Shown here one piece after another: positions 53,488-63,653 of a stretch of 64,000 bases of DNA. How positions within the stretch are numbered: position 1 is the first letter of the stretch; every line of letters starts with the position of its first letter. Position numbers and translations under genes: made by a program. Source of the stretch: Candidatus Saccharimonadales bacterium. Lineage in GTDB: Bacteria > Patescibacteriota > Saccharimonadia > Saccharimonadales > DATKHC01. The notes beneath the pieces were generated by a model. The model worked only from the letters and a program-made list of their open reading frames with translations, did not search any database and was not told where the DNA came from. Location: positions 344,153-408,152 of the forward strand of contig JBBQBA010000001.1 in the NCBI GenBank assembly GCA_038317055.1, read 5' to 3'.

Positions 53488-54042
53488 CTAAATTGGCCTA
53501 GCTTTTAAACCAATCAAATAGCCAAAATAACTTGAAAGAAGATGTATTAGAACCCAAACAATTAATATTGAGAGATAGTTAGTCCAACTAAGTATAACTA
53601 TCGGTAAACTTAATAACAAACCACCAACTATGTAATCAATTTGATCAAATGGTACCCAGGAATGACCGGGTTTGACTCCGGCTTGTCTTTTAAAAAAGCT
53701 TTCAGTAGCATCTCCAGCTAAAGCACCGAAGCCTAGTAAGGGCCCCAATAATAAAATTTTTGGATCATTGTAATTAATTTTTCCAGAAATAGTGTTTATC
53801 CAATCAGAATGGTTATAACCATACTTTTGTAGCCGTATAACTATTAATCCAAATATAACTCCACCAATTAATCCAAGCCAAGTTTTATTATCACCAAAAA
53901 TTCTCTTACCCCTGTATTTCATGCCAAAATCTAGTGGTTTTAATAACGAACTCAAAAACTTTATTTTAGTTGTAAAAATTGGACTAACATTAGCAATTCC
54001 TGCTGGTAGAAAAAACCATAAGGCAAACCAGATTTCATTCAT
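53488..54042 (-). CDS. carS: CDP-archaeol synthase (CarS, former DUF46) family cytidylyltransferase homolog
   Basis: 184 aa. PLDFGMKYRGKRIFGDNKTWLGLIGGVIFG, FGALAGDATESFFKRQAGV and PFDQIDYIVGG align block-for-block with archaeal CarS as I recall it (PIDFGK..DGKRILGDGKTWRG; GD...SFIKRR; VDQL.F). Confidence 0.75.
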   Translation of the reverse strand: MNEIWFALWFFLPAGIANVSPIFTTKIKFLSSLLKPLDFGMKYRGKRIFGDNKTWLGLIGGVIFGLIVIRLQKYGYNHSDWINTISGKINYNDPKILLLGPLLGFGALAGDATESFFKRQAGVKPGHSWVPFDQIDYIVGGLLLSLPIVILSWTNYLSILIVWVLIHLLSSYFGYLIGLKARPI

Positions 54043-54045
54043 ATA

Positions 54046-54690
54046 CTAACTGAATCTCTTCATGACTCTGTTATATTTTGGATACAATATTGCCCTGAGT
54101 GTAGGTTTTTGTAAATACGGTGTTCCTTTGGCTAATAAATCTTTGATGTTATGTCTGGTGGGAAGTTCAGCAATCTTGGTATAAGTTTGTCCAAATCCAA
54201 AACTGCCATGTGCATCACTACTGGCAACGCCTATGAGTTTATTAAGATTAGCCCAAACAAGAATTTGACTATACTTACTTTGAAATAATGCTCTTCCATT
54301 ACCTATTTCGACGATATCTATAGTATCAATAACTTCTTCTAGTACATTAATTTGAAGACCATGCCGGTATGTCTCAAGTGGGTGGGGAATATAAACTAGA
54401 CCTCCTTGATCTTTAATTTTCCGGATGGTATCAACTGTAGTTAGATTTGCTGGTATTTTTTCCTTTAGATAAAGTCCAATTATCTCACCACTCGATGTCA
54501 TTATCTCTTCACCAACAATAATTCGGTCACCAAGTTTATCAGCCATTTTTTTAGCAAAGTCTATTCGATTATGATCAGTAATTGCTATGCAATCTAATTT
54601 ACCGGTTGATAGAGCTTTTTCATATTCATCACCAGTAATACCTCCATCAGGAGATGCAGTTGAGTGAGTATGTAAATCAATCTTGAACAT
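54046..54690 (-). CDS. PHP-domain metal-dependent phosphoesterase
   Basis: 214 aa. N-terminal IDLHTHSTASPDG, plus ITDHN and SSDAHG (the PHP His/Asp motifs). Confidence 0.75.
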   Translation of the reverse strand: MFKIDLHTHSTASPDGGITGDEYEKALSTGKLDCIAITDHNRIDFAKKMADKLGDRIIVGEEIMTSSGEIIGLYLKEKIPANLTTVDTIRKIKDQGGLVYIPHPLETYRHGLQINVLEEVIDTIDIVEIGNGRALFQSKYSQILVWANLNKLIGVASSDAHGSFGFGQTYTKIAELPTRHNIKDLLAKGTPYLQKPTLRAILYPKYNRVMKRFS

Positions 54691-55318
54691 TTAGCTTTTT
54701 ACTTACTCGGATTAGCCGATTAATTGCCTCAAAACTAGCAAGTATACCTATTAATACCACTGCAGTTCCAAGATAGTTAGTAAGTAGTCCTAAGATTAGG
54801 ATTACCATTCTAATTTCGAATGGAACTATACCATTTTTAAATACACTATTGGGCTTAATGTCTTTATTAGAAGCTAAAAGGGCAGCCTCGCCCCGAGCTC
54901 TAACATAACTTACTGATATGCTTGCTCCACATGCTAGAATTGCCCAAACCGCTAAATATGGCTGTCCGGAAGCAATTAGGTTATATCCAATTGCCGTGTA
55001 TAGCATCACTTCTTTAAAACGATCAGTAACTGAATCTAGTACCATACCAGTGCTGCTCACTCTGCCCTGTAGTCTTGCTAATTCTCCATCAAGTGTGTCA
55101 AATAGACCAAATACAATAAGCAGAATTGCCGCTAATTTATTGTGTCTAGTGGCAATAAGTATTGCAATCGGAATATGAGCCAATACCCCAGTAATTGTTA
55201 CCATATTAGGGGTCAGCTTGCCGCCTGTTATTTTGTTGAGTAATTTAGCAACTTGCCGAAGCATTTTACGAATTAAATTCCTCGTAGGATCTAAAACTGA
55301 AGTTTCCGCATTAGCCAT
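54677..55318 (-). CDS. CDP-alcohol phosphatidyltransferase family protein
   Basis: 213 aa. FDTLDGELARLQGRVSSTGMVLDSVTDR matches D-G-x2-A-R-x8-G-x3-D-x3-D. It overlaps the PHP gene by 14 nt. Confidence 0.85.
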   Translation of the reverse strand: MANAETSVLDPTRNLIRKMLRQVAKLLNKITGGKLTPNMVTITGVLAHIPIAILIATRHNKLAAILLIVFGLFDTLDGELARLQGRVSSTGMVLDSVTDRFKEVMLYTAIGYNLIASGQPYLAVWAILACGASISVSYVRARGEAALLASNKDIKPNSVFKNGIVPFEIRMVILILGLLTNYLGTAVVLIGILASFEAINRLIRVSKKLNVQD

Positions 55319-55367
55319 TTAATCTACATTATAGCTTGATAGGTGTTAATTGCTATAATAAGACTTT

Positions 55368-56057
55368 ATGATTACAGACATTATTAAAAGACACACCGAT
55401 TTTTTTAGAATTGCTGGTGCTTTAGCAGTGTCAACGATTGCGGCAATAGTCCTTATTCTAGTAGGTGCAGAGAAAGCTAAATCTAGTTTTTATATATTTT
55501 TAATCATAAATATGGGCTTAGCTTATATACCAGTAATCTTAGCCTGGTGGCTAGTAGAGCGACTCAAACGAACTGCCTGGCTTAGTCTTGGTAATATACT
55601 AATAACTTTGTTCTGGCTTGGATTCCTTCCAAATAGTTTCTATATAATTACAGATCTTATTCATACTCAAGCATCAGTTGGAATTGACCTACTTTATAAC
55701 GTCGTAATTATAATGTTTTGTATTTTTAATGGTCTAGTAGCGGGATATATTAGCCTATACTTAGTCCACCAAGCATTAGTAAAACGATTTTATTACCGAA
55801 ATGTACATTTTGTAATTGGTTTTATTCTTTTGCTATGTAGTTTTGCGATCTATTTGGGTAGATATCTTCGATGGAACAGCTGGGATGTAATCGTTAATCC
55901 GGCTGGTTTATTGTTTGATGTTAGTGATTCAATTGCCAGTCCATCGACTCATCCTGATGTACTAGTAACTACCGTTACTTTTTTCTTATTGCTAGGATTC
56001 ATGTACGTAATAATCTGGCAAATCGCACATGCACTTAGGAATGCTAAAAAAGTTTAA
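55368..56057 (+). CDS. DUF1361-like polytopic membrane protein
   Basis: 229 aa. NMGLAYIPVILAWWL and LPNSFYIITDLIH resemble the DUF1361 pattern. Confidence 0.5.
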   Translation: MITDIIKRHTDFFRIAGALAVSTIAAIVLILVGAEKAKSSFYIFLIINMGLAYIPVILAWWLVERLKRTAWLSLGNILITLFWLGFLPNSFYIITDLIHTQASVGIDLLYNVVIIMFCIFNGLVAGYISLYLVHQALVKRFYYRNVHFVIGFILLLCSFAIYLGRYLRWNSWDVIVNPAGLLFDVSDSIASPSTHPDVLVTTVTFFLLLGFMYVIIWQIAHALRNAKKV

Positions 56058-56076
56058 CTGATATACTTATAAGATA

Positions 56077-57750
56077 GTGAAAGAACAAATACAAATCGTT
56101 ATTAAATCTGTTTGTCGGGATTTATTTCATATTGAAACTGAAGTGGAATTAACACGTCCTGCATCAAAATATGGTGATTACAGCACGAATATTGCACTAA
56201 AGCTATCTAAACAACTCGATAAACCAGCTACGGAAATAGCTGAGATGATTTCTCAAATAATGACCGATCAAAACAGTGAAATTATAGACAAGGTGACTAC
56301 AGCCGGCCCGGGTTTTTTAAATGTAATTCTTACTTTTAAAGCACTACACGACAGTTATTCAGGTGCAAATAAATGGGAGAAACCTAATAAGGATAAACAA
56401 ATTTTAGTAGAATTTGGCGACCCTAATCCTTTTAAAGAAATGCATCTTGGACATCTTTATACTTCTATTGAGGGTGATACTATTTCTAATTTATTAGAAT
56501 CTAGTGGTGCCAATATAAAACGACTTAGTTATCACGGAGATGTTGGACTACCAATTGCTAGATCAATATGGGGAATAGGTGAGGCAATTAATTGGCAGCG
56601 TGAAGGACTAGAAGCTGCCCTTAAAGATAATCCATTGGGTTATTACTACGCGAATGGTGCAAAGGCTGATGAATCAGATGAAACTGCAAAAGCAAAAATA
56701 CAAGAAATAAATCAGCATATATATAAGAAAGACGATGAACTTATAAATGAAATATACACAAAAGGTTGCAAGCTAAGTTTCGACCAATTTGACGAAATAT
56801 TTAAACAAATACATGTTAGTTATGACGCTCGATATCTTGAGAGCGTATCTAGTGAGGTCGGCATGGAAACAGTAAAGAATCACATTGGAAATGTTTTCGA
56901 ACAAAGCCAGGGTGCCATTGTATATAAGGGTGAAAAAGTAGGCTTACACACAAGAGTATTTGTTACTTCAAGAGGTCTACCAACTTACGAAACAAAAGAT
57001 CTTGGACTAGTTGAGCTTAAAGATAAAGACTACCCTAAGGCCAATAAATCAATAGTTATAACTGGCAACGAACAATCTGAATATTTTAAGGTTATGTTAG
57101 CAGCACTAAAGGAGATTAATCCTGAACTTGCTGATAAAACTGTGCATCTTTCACATGGCTTTTTAGCGCTAACTTCTGGAAAAATGAGTAGCAGAACAGG
57201 TGATATTTATACAGCAAAAACCCTTCTAGATGACGTTAAAACGGAAGTAGCAGCTCACTACCCAGATTCTGAGGTTAAAAATGATGTCTTTCTGGCAGCC
57301 ATTCGTTATACGTTTTTAAAGCAAAGACTTGGTGCTGACATTATCTTTGATGTAAAAGAGTCAGTTAGCCTAGAAGGGAACTCTGGCCCATATATTCAGT
57401 ACGCCCACGCTAGAGCCCGAAGTATTCTTGATAAAGCTGATAAAGCTGGCAAAAAGATCGCACCAGAACTCAAAATTGATCAAATACCCCTAGAAGATGC
57501 TGAAAGATATCTAGCGATGAAGATTAGTGAATTTCCAGAAATAGTTGAGAGATCCAGTGAAGACTATATGCCTCACCACATTTGCACATATTTATATGAG
57601 CTTGCTCAAGAATTTAATAGGTTTTACGAACACAATCGAGTAATTGATGACACTCGTATGTTTACAAGGTTACATTTGGTTAAGGTTTATGCAGAAGTAC
57701 TGCACAATGGCTTGAAATTGCTAAATATTCCAGCTCCCGTGCATATGTAG
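56077..57750 (+). CDS. argS: arginine--tRNA ligase
   Basis: 557 aa with a GTG start. NPFKEMHLGHLY (HIGH-like), MSSRTG, and the C-terminal anticodon-binding DALR region ending ...PAPVHM. Confidence 0.9.
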   Translation: MKEQIQIVIKSVCRDLFHIETEVELTRPASKYGDYSTNIALKLSKQLDKPATEIAEMISQIMTDQNSEIIDKVTTAGPGFLNVILTFKALHDSYSGANKWEKPNKDKQILVEFGDPNPFKEMHLGHLYTSIEGDTISNLLESSGANIKRLSYHGDVGLPIARSIWGIGEAINWQREGLEAALKDNPLGYYYANGAKADESDETAKAKIQEINQHIYKKDDELINEIYTKGCKLSFDQFDEIFKQIHVSYDARYLESVSSEVGMETVKNHIGNVFEQSQGAIVYKGEKVGLHTRVFVTSRGLPTYETKDLGLVELKDKDYPKANKSIVITGNEQSEYFKVMLAALKEINPELADKTVHLSHGFLALTSGKMSSRTGDIYTAKTLLDDVKTEVAAHYPDSEVKNDVFLAAIRYTFLKQRLGADIIFDVKESVSLEGNSGPYIQYAHARARSILDKADKAGKKIAPELKIDQIPLEDAERYLAMKISEFPEIVERSSEDYMPHHICTYLYELAQEFNRFYEHNRVIDDTRMFTRLHLVKVYAEVLHNGLKLLNIPAPVHM

Positions 57751-57791
57751 GCTTTATTATTATGACTTCTCGAGAAAGGAGCATAATTTTA

Positions 57792-58193
57792 ATGAAAACT
57801 GATAATAAAAGGTCCTATATTCGTACTAGAGAGGTCAGAGTAATGATTCCTGTACTTAAGGCACCCAAAGCAATACAGGGGTTTTTAGATTTCATAAGGG
57901 GTTATGGGGTAGTCACAATTGCCATTGGACTTTTTTTGGGAGCAGATTTAAAGACCATAGTAGATTCTATTACTACTAATATTATTAACCCTATCCTTGG
58001 GGTAATTACTAATAACGTAAACCTGGGTACAGAAAATATCTGTATCAAGTCAGTTGGTGGGGTTTGTAAATCAAGTATTAACTACGGAGCTGTACTTAGT
58101 TCGTTAATAAGCTTTTTAATTGCTGCATTCGTAGTATATTTGATTATAAAGATACTTCGATTAGATAAATTTGAGAATAAAAAGGAAACTTAA
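57792..58193 (+). CDS. mscL: large-conductance mechanosensitive channel
   Basis: GFLDFIRGYGVVTIAIGLFLGADLKTIVDSITTNIINPILG is present. AAGGAG lies 8 nt upstream of the ATG at 57792 (track start 57762). Confidence 0.85.
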   Translation: MKTDNKRSYIRTREVRVMIPVLKAPKAIQGFLDFIRGYGVVTIAIGLFLGADLKTIVDSITTNIINPILGVITNNVNLGTENICIKSVGGVCKSSINYGAVLSSLISFLIAAFVVYLIIKILRLDKFENKKET

Positions 58194-58196
58194 GAT

Positions 58197-58595
58197 ATGA
58201 ATGCACAATACGACAACGACGAATTAAAGAATAAACTTACAAAAGAACAATACGACATCTTAGTTAAAAAGGGCACTGAAGCGCCTTTTACCGGAAAGCT
58301 ACTAAACAACAAAGAGAAGGGCGATTATACTTGTCCAGTCTGTGGTTCGACTTTGTTTAATAGTGACACTAAATTTGATTCTGGATCAGGCTGGCCAAGT
58401 TTTTACGATGTTGCCGACAATAAAGCAATTAAATTAGTTGATGATATTACTTTTGGTATGTCTAGAACTGAAGTTGAATGTGCTAAATGTGGAAGTCACT
58501 TAGGTCATTTATTTCATGATGCTCCAGACCAACCAACCGGTGATCGTTTTTGTATAAATTCAGCAAGTTTGAACTTTGTATCTAAAGACAAATAG
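58197..58595 (+). CDS. msrB: peptide-methionine (R)-S-oxide reductase
   Basis: 132 aa. [16 protein letters not shown] and [12 protein letters not shown]...RFCINS. Confidence 0.92.
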   Translation: MNAQYDNDELKNKLTKEQYDILVKKGTEAPFTGKLLNNKEKGDYTCPVCGSTLFNSDTKFDSGSGWPSFYDVADNKAIKLVDDITFGMSRTEVECAKCGSHLGHLFHDAPDQPTGDRFCINSASLNFVSKDK

Positions 58596-58665
58596 ATACT
58601 ACAAAATACTATTGCTTTAATTAACATTATATGGTAGTATAACTATGTTAATTTAAAACAAAAAT

Positions 58666-59277
58666 ATGAATTTCACACAAGAATTAAGTCGATCACAATA
58701 CCAAGCCCAGTTACAGCCCCTAACTTCAGAGGTAATTGACTCGGATTATGTTAGCGAATTATTTGAAGAAATTGCTCAATTACCGGGAAATGAAAAAGTT
58801 AACCTTGCTAACTCACCCGATAAAACCATAGTACTTGGATCAGAACCAATTCATGAATCTGGTGTAGCTGGAGTTACAATTTTAGCTCTATTAGATTTAC
58901 CTAAAAATGTGCATGAACATGGATATTTAGAAATAGGTTATTCCGAAGGGCATGGTTATTTTGTAGCTGGTCCAAATAACGACAACACAGAACTTGATAA
59001 ACAAACTAGCGAAACCATAAATTTTAGAACTTCACCGTTAATGCTAGGCAAGGCAGATCGCACTTCTTTTGTATTTGGTAGAGATGGAATAAGTGCACTT
59101 AATCTTGAAGAACAAGACAAAGGTTATTCAAAAGTAGCTCCGATTTTAACGACTGATATTATGCCTCAATTTGGGAATAACACTTCTCGAATTCACTTTG
59201 AAATTAATATAAATGACAGCAAATTATCTATTACCGATCATTCAAGATTTGGTACGGAATTAGTTAAACACCAATAA
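58666..59277 (+). CDS. hypothetical protein with a probable C-terminal FHA domain
   Basis: 203 aa. FVFGRD...TSRIHFEININDSKLSITDHSRFGTELV fits the FHA G-R...S-R-x-H...D-x-S-x-x-G-T pattern. Confidence 0.45.
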   Translation: MNFTQELSRSQYQAQLQPLTSEVIDSDYVSELFEEIAQLPGNEKVNLANSPDKTIVLGSEPIHESGVAGVTILALLDLPKNVHEHGYLEIGYSEGHGYFVAGPNNDNTELDKQTSETINFRTSPLMLGKADRTSFVFGRDGISALNLEEQDKGYSKVAPILTTDIMPQFGNNTSRIHFEININDSKLSITDHSRFGTELVKHQ

Positions 59278-59326
59278 AATATTCAATTCTTAAAGTTTAA
59301 TTTGGACAATTTGATATAGTTATCGC

Positions 59327-59893
59327 ATGACAGAAATCGATAAATCTATTACACCCACCAAACTTCTATGGGTAGATCTTGAAATGACAGGTCTAGATCC
59401 AACTAAAGACGTTATTTTAGAAATAGCTGCAGAGATTACAGATTTTAATTTCAAAACTCTAGCTAACTATGAATCACGTATAAAGCACGATAAGGAAAAA
59501 GTTATTCCACTATTCGAGGCAAATCATTGGTATAGAGATACTGTACCTGAAAATATGGAAGACTTTATAAAAACTTTGGAAACTGCGAAACCCTCAGATC
59601 AGGTTGAAGCTGAACTAATAGATTTTGTAATTCAAAATTTTGGAAACGAACCAGCAATACTTGCAGGTAACTCAATACACAATGATCGAAATTTCATAAA
59701 ATTTTGGTGGCCTAAATTTGATGCTAAATTACACTATCGAATGTTAGACGTAACTTCATGGAAGTTGATTATGGAGACTAAATTTAAAGCTAGTTATGAG
59801 AAGAAGCAAACCCACAGAGCTTTTGATGATATTCAAGCATCAATAGCCGAACTTCAATATTATTTAGAATGGCTAGACAAGAATAAACAATGA
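59327..59893 (+). CDS. orn: oligoribonuclease
   Basis: 188 aa. LLWVDLEMTGLDP, AGNSIHNDRNFI and HRAFDDIQASIAELQYY (DEDDh exonuclease motifs). Confidence 0.9.
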   Translation: MTEIDKSITPTKLLWVDLEMTGLDPTKDVILEIAAEITDFNFKTLANYESRIKHDKEKVIPLFEANHWYRDTVPENMEDFIKTLETAKPSDQVEAELIDFVIQNFGNEPAILAGNSIHNDRNFIKFWWPKFDAKLHYRMLDVTSWKLIMETKFKASYEKKQTHRAFDDIQASIAELQYYLEWLDKNKQ

Positions 59894-60234
59894 TCTTAAA
59901 TCCCTTAAAACGTAGCGACGTCGAGGGCTTTTTAAAAAAACTAAAAGGCTCCAAAATGGATTATCCATTTGGTGAAGAAGTTGCTGTATATAAAGTTAAA
60001 GATAAGATGTTCGCACTTGTTACTGAAGGCAAAGAGCCTGTTAGCATCAGTCTTAAGTGTGAACCAGAACTTTCGGTGGTTTTGCAAGAAAAGTATGAGA
60101 GCGTAATGCCAGGCTATCATTTGAATAAAAAGCACTGGATTACCATCACACTTACTGGTCAATTATCATTGGAAGAAGTTAAAGATTTAATCACCTTGTC
60201 TTATAATTTAGTATCTGGCGAAAAGAAAATCTAA
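59890..60234 (+). CDS. MmcQ/YjbR-family protein
   Basis: 114 aa. DYPFGEEVAVYKVKDKMFALV...SLKCEPE...PGYHLNKKHWITI. ATGA overlap with orn. Confidence 0.75.
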   Translation: MILNPLKRSDVEGFLKKLKGSKMDYPFGEEVAVYKVKDKMFALVTEGKEPVSISLKCEPELSVVLQEKYESVMPGYHLNKKHWITITLTGQLSLEEVKDLITLSYNLVSGEKKI

Positions 60235-60289
60235 AATTATTACGCACATGCTTGCATAGTAAAAAATCCTGTTTCATTATAGTAACTAA

Positions 60290-60703
60290 ATGGAAAATAT
60301 TAACGATATTGATGTCGCGGGCTTTTTAGAGCTTGGAAAAACTGTAGACCAACCTGAAACTAAAACTAAAGGTTTGATCGGACGAATTTGGGAACGAAGA
60401 CTCGTTCGTGGTGCAGCAATTGGAGTAGCTACTTTAGCACTACTTTCGCCACTCGAAAGAGATGGTTTCCAATACGTATCTACTAGATTTGGTATTGATG
60501 CTGGGGAAGCAGCATTTACTACGCTAAATGATAAAGCCCAAGTTGCGATCTCAAAGTATGAGCAAAGCGCACCAGGTAAGGTGCACTTAGCAATCTGTAA
60601 CTACGCAGTAGAACACCATATTTCTCCCAGAGTTTTAGAGTCTGCGAATTTCCAGTGCCCAATTACCATACCATCGAGTTCTCCAGGGGAAGTTCATGGT
60701 TAA
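60290..60703 (+). CDS. hypothetical protein
   Basis: 137 aa with one central hydrophobic segment; no recognisable family. Confidence 0.45.
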   Translation: MENINDIDVAGFLELGKTVDQPETKTKGLIGRIWERRLVRGAAIGVATLALLSPLERDGFQYVSTRFGIDAGEAAFTTLNDKAQVAISKYEQSAPGKVHLAICNYAVEHHISPRVLESANFQCPITIPSSSPGEVHG

Positions 60704-60754
60704 CTTGGGTATTAGCTATAGCTATACAAGTTAGCGTAAAATACTCAATTAGAC

Positions 60755-62521
60755 ATGGATGCAGTAGAGGATGTAAAAGCGAGATTAAGTATTGAGGACA
60801 TAGTTGGAGAGTATGTTCAGCTTAAACGTGCAGGACGAAATTTTCGGGGCTTAAGTCCATTTACGGCTGAAAAGACTCCCAGTTTTATGGTCAGTCCAGA
60901 AAAACAGATCTGGCATGACTTCTCATCTGGCAAAGGTGGAAACATATTCAGCTTTGTTATGGAAGTTGAGGGCATCGATTTTAAAACAGCACTTGAACTA
61001 CTGGCTCGCAAAGCCGGCATTGATCTTACTCAGTATAATTCTTCGATACCGGGTAGAAATGCTAAATTAAAAGAACGAATGTATGAGGCATTAGAGCTAG
61101 CTACTAAGTTCTATCAGGTACAATTTTCTAAGAATCAAACCACATTGAACTACGTATTTAAAGAACGTAAATTTACCAAGCAGGTGGTGCTAGATTTTAG
61201 GCTTGGATATGCTCCAAACACTGGTACAGCACTTCGTAATTACTTAATCAAAAAAGGCTTTAATGACGATGAGCTTCAAAAAGCCGGACTAGTTACTAAA
61301 AACTATAGACAACCAAGTGATATGTTTAGAAGTCGATTAATGATACCGTTGGCAGATGGACAGGGTAGAATAATTGGTTTCACTGCACGATTACTTGCGG
61401 ATAATCCAAATGCACCGAAGTACTTAAATACACCACAAACACTTTTGTATGACAAAAGCAGACATGTATATGGTTTACATTTAGCAAAAGAGGCAATCAG
61501 AAAAGGCGGATTTGCTGTGATTACTGAGGGCAACCTTGATGTTATAGCTAGCCATCAAATTGGTGTTAAGCAAGTTGTAGCAACAGCAGGCACAGCTGTT
61601 ACCGAAGAACACCTAAAAATACTTAGAAATTTAACTAATGATGTACGGTTTGCTTTTGATAAAGATATAGCAGGTCAAAACGCAACCGAGAGAGCTATTC
61701 CGATTGCGTCAAAAGTAGGTGTTAACTTAAGTGTAATAAATATTAAAGACGCCAAAGACCCTGATGAACTAATAAGATCTAATCCGGACGAATGGGAGAA
61801 GTCTATTAACAAACCTGACTATGCATTAGACTGGCTGATTGATAGCTATAAATCTCAAATAGACCTGGAAAGTGCTATTGGTAAGCGAAAATTTAGTGAC
61901 ATAATCCTACCTGTAGTAGGCAAGTTAACTGATTCTGTAGAGCAAGATCATTATATTTCTAAAATGTCCGACCTGCTTCAAATAAGTAAAGAAGCTTTGC
62001 TGTCAAAAGTTGGAACGATTAGCTCAAAAAATACATCAAGATTAAAACAACAAAAGAACTCACCCAAACCACTAAATAAAACAGAAGTTGAACACATAAA
62101 GAATCAAGATCAATTACTAGCTGTTGCGCTTATAAACACTAAAATGCGCGTATATATTAAACCGATTACAACTGAAATGTTAATTGGTGAGCATGCACCA
62201 ATAGTATTAGAATTCCTGATATCAAACATGGATTTTCAAGGCGATCCACTAATGGAAAAGGCATTGAATAACAGCTTAGATTATGTTAAAATGTTAATGT
62301 TACAGTACGAGGCGCTATATCAAAATCTTGATGAAACAGAATTAGATTATGAATCTAAACGTTTACAAGATCGCCTAATAACTAAATATGTAAAACAGCA
62401 AAAAGACTTACTTTCAACTGCAATGCAAAAAGCAGATTCTAACGAAATTCAACAATTATTAAACCAGGCAAAGAACCTGGATATTTTACTTAATAAATCA
62501 AAGGAGGTATCGCATGGCTAA
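60755..62521 (+). CDS. dnaG: DNA primase (DnaG) with a degenerate zinc-binding motif
   Basis: 588 aa. [18 protein letters not shown], then the RNA polymerase core, then the [14 protein letters not shown]...[10 protein letters not shown]. The canonical CHC2 ligands read S, T, D, S here. Confidence 0.9.
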   Translation: MDAVEDVKARLSIEDIVGEYVQLKRAGRNFRGLSPFTAEKTPSFMVSPEKQIWHDFSSGKGGNIFSFVMEVEGIDFKTALELLARKAGIDLTQYNSSIPGRNAKLKERMYEALELATKFYQVQFSKNQTTLNYVFKERKFTKQVVLDFRLGYAPNTGTALRNYLIKKGFNDDELQKAGLVTKNYRQPSDMFRSRLMIPLADGQGRIIGFTARLLADNPNAPKYLNTPQTLLYDKSRHVYGLHLAKEAIRKGGFAVITEGNLDVIASHQIGVKQVVATAGTAVTEEHLKILRNLTNDVRFAFDKDIAGQNATERAIPIASKVGVNLSVINIKDAKDPDELIRSNPDEWEKSINKPDYALDWLIDSYKSQIDLESAIGKRKFSDIILPVVGKLTDSVEQDHYISKMSDLLQISKEALLSKVGTISSKNTSRLKQQKNSPKPLNKTEVEHIKNQDQLLAVALINTKMRVYIKPITTEMLIGEHAPIVLEFLISNMDFQGDPLMEKALNNSLDYVKMLMLQYEALYQNLDETELDYESKRLQDRLITKYVKQQKDLLSTAMQKADSNEIQQLLNQAKNLDILLNKSKEVSHG

Positions 62522-63653
62522 AACTGATGAGTTAGCAATACATGATGATGCAGTAATTGACCCGGCTTTAGAAAAAATTAAAGACGAGTTAGTTACAAAA
62601 GCTAAAAAAGACCGACAAATAGATCAAAAAGATATTTTCAAAGTAATTCCTGATACTCCAGAAAATGTAGAAATTCTGGATGCTTTATATACTGAACTAA
62701 CAGATGCAGCAGTTGATGTTGTTGGTATCGTTGAACCACCAGTAAGCGCATTTGCTGATGGCTGGGCTGATGAAAGTACTGAAGAAGAAATTAATTTAGA
62801 AGCAGCTAATTTCTTCGATGATATATCCGACGATTCAGTTAGATTATATCTTCGTGAAATTGGTAAAATACCGCTTTTATCAGCTGAAGAGGAACTTGCT
62901 CTTGCTCAACAAGTAGTTTCTGGTGATAAGGGTGCTAAAGATAAAATGGCAGAAGCGAATATGCGTCTTGTAGTTAGTATTGCAAAGCGTTATGTTGGCC
63001 GTGGACTAGATTTACTTGATCTTATTCAAGAAGGAAACACTGGTTTACTTCGAGCAGTAGAAAAATTCGATCCAGATAAAGGATTCAAATTTAGTACTTA
63101 CGCAACGTGGTGGATCAGACAGGCTATTACTCGAGCAATTGCCGACCAAGCTAGAACTATTCGTATTCCAGTTCATATGGTTGAGACCATTAACAAATTA
63201 CTTCGAACACAAAGAAGGCTTACTCAGGAATTAAACCGAGAACCGACAAACGAAGAGATCGCCAAAGCAATGGAAATCGAAGTAGATAAAGTTGAACACA
63301 TAATGAAAATCAAACAAGATATTTCCAGTCTAGATGCTAGTGTTCACGAGGATGAAGAGGACTCAGTGCTTGGTGATTTTATTGAAGACGAAGATACTGT
63401 TAGTCCTGAAGAATCAGCAACTAGCCAGCTATTAAAAGAGCATGTTAAAGACATGTTAGGTGGACTTACAGAGCGTGAGCAAAAAATTATTAGACTACGT
63501 TTTGGTCTTGAGGATGGTAAAAACTATACACTTGAAGAAGTTGGCCAAGAATTCAGTGTGACTAGAGAGAGAATCAGACAAATTGAAGCTAAAGCACTTG
63601 CGAAACTTCGTAAACATAAAGACGCTAAGAAACTACACGATTATTTGAAATAA
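62514..63653 (+). CDS. rpoD: RNA polymerase primary sigma factor
   Basis: 379 aa. Region 1.2 VRLYLREIG, region 2 [36 protein letters not shown], and region 4 [24 protein letters not shown]. Confidence 0.95.
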   Translation: MAKTDELAIHDDAVIDPALEKIKDELVTKAKKDRQIDQKDIFKVIPDTPENVEILDALYTELTDAAVDVVGIVEPPVSAFADGWADESTEEEINLEAANFFDDISDDSVRLYLREIGKIPLLSAEEELALAQQVVSGDKGAKDKMAEANMRLVVSIAKRYVGRGLDLLDLIQEGNTGLLRAVEKFDPDKGFKFSTYATWWIRQAITRAIADQARTIRIPVHMVETINKLLRTQRRLTQELNREPTNEEIAKAMEIEVDKVEHIMKIKQDISSLDASVHEDEEDSVLGDFIEDEDTVSPEESATSQLLKEHVKDMLGGLTEREQKIIRLRFGLEDGKNYTLEEVGQEFSVTRERIRQIEAKALAKLRKHKDAKKLHDYLK

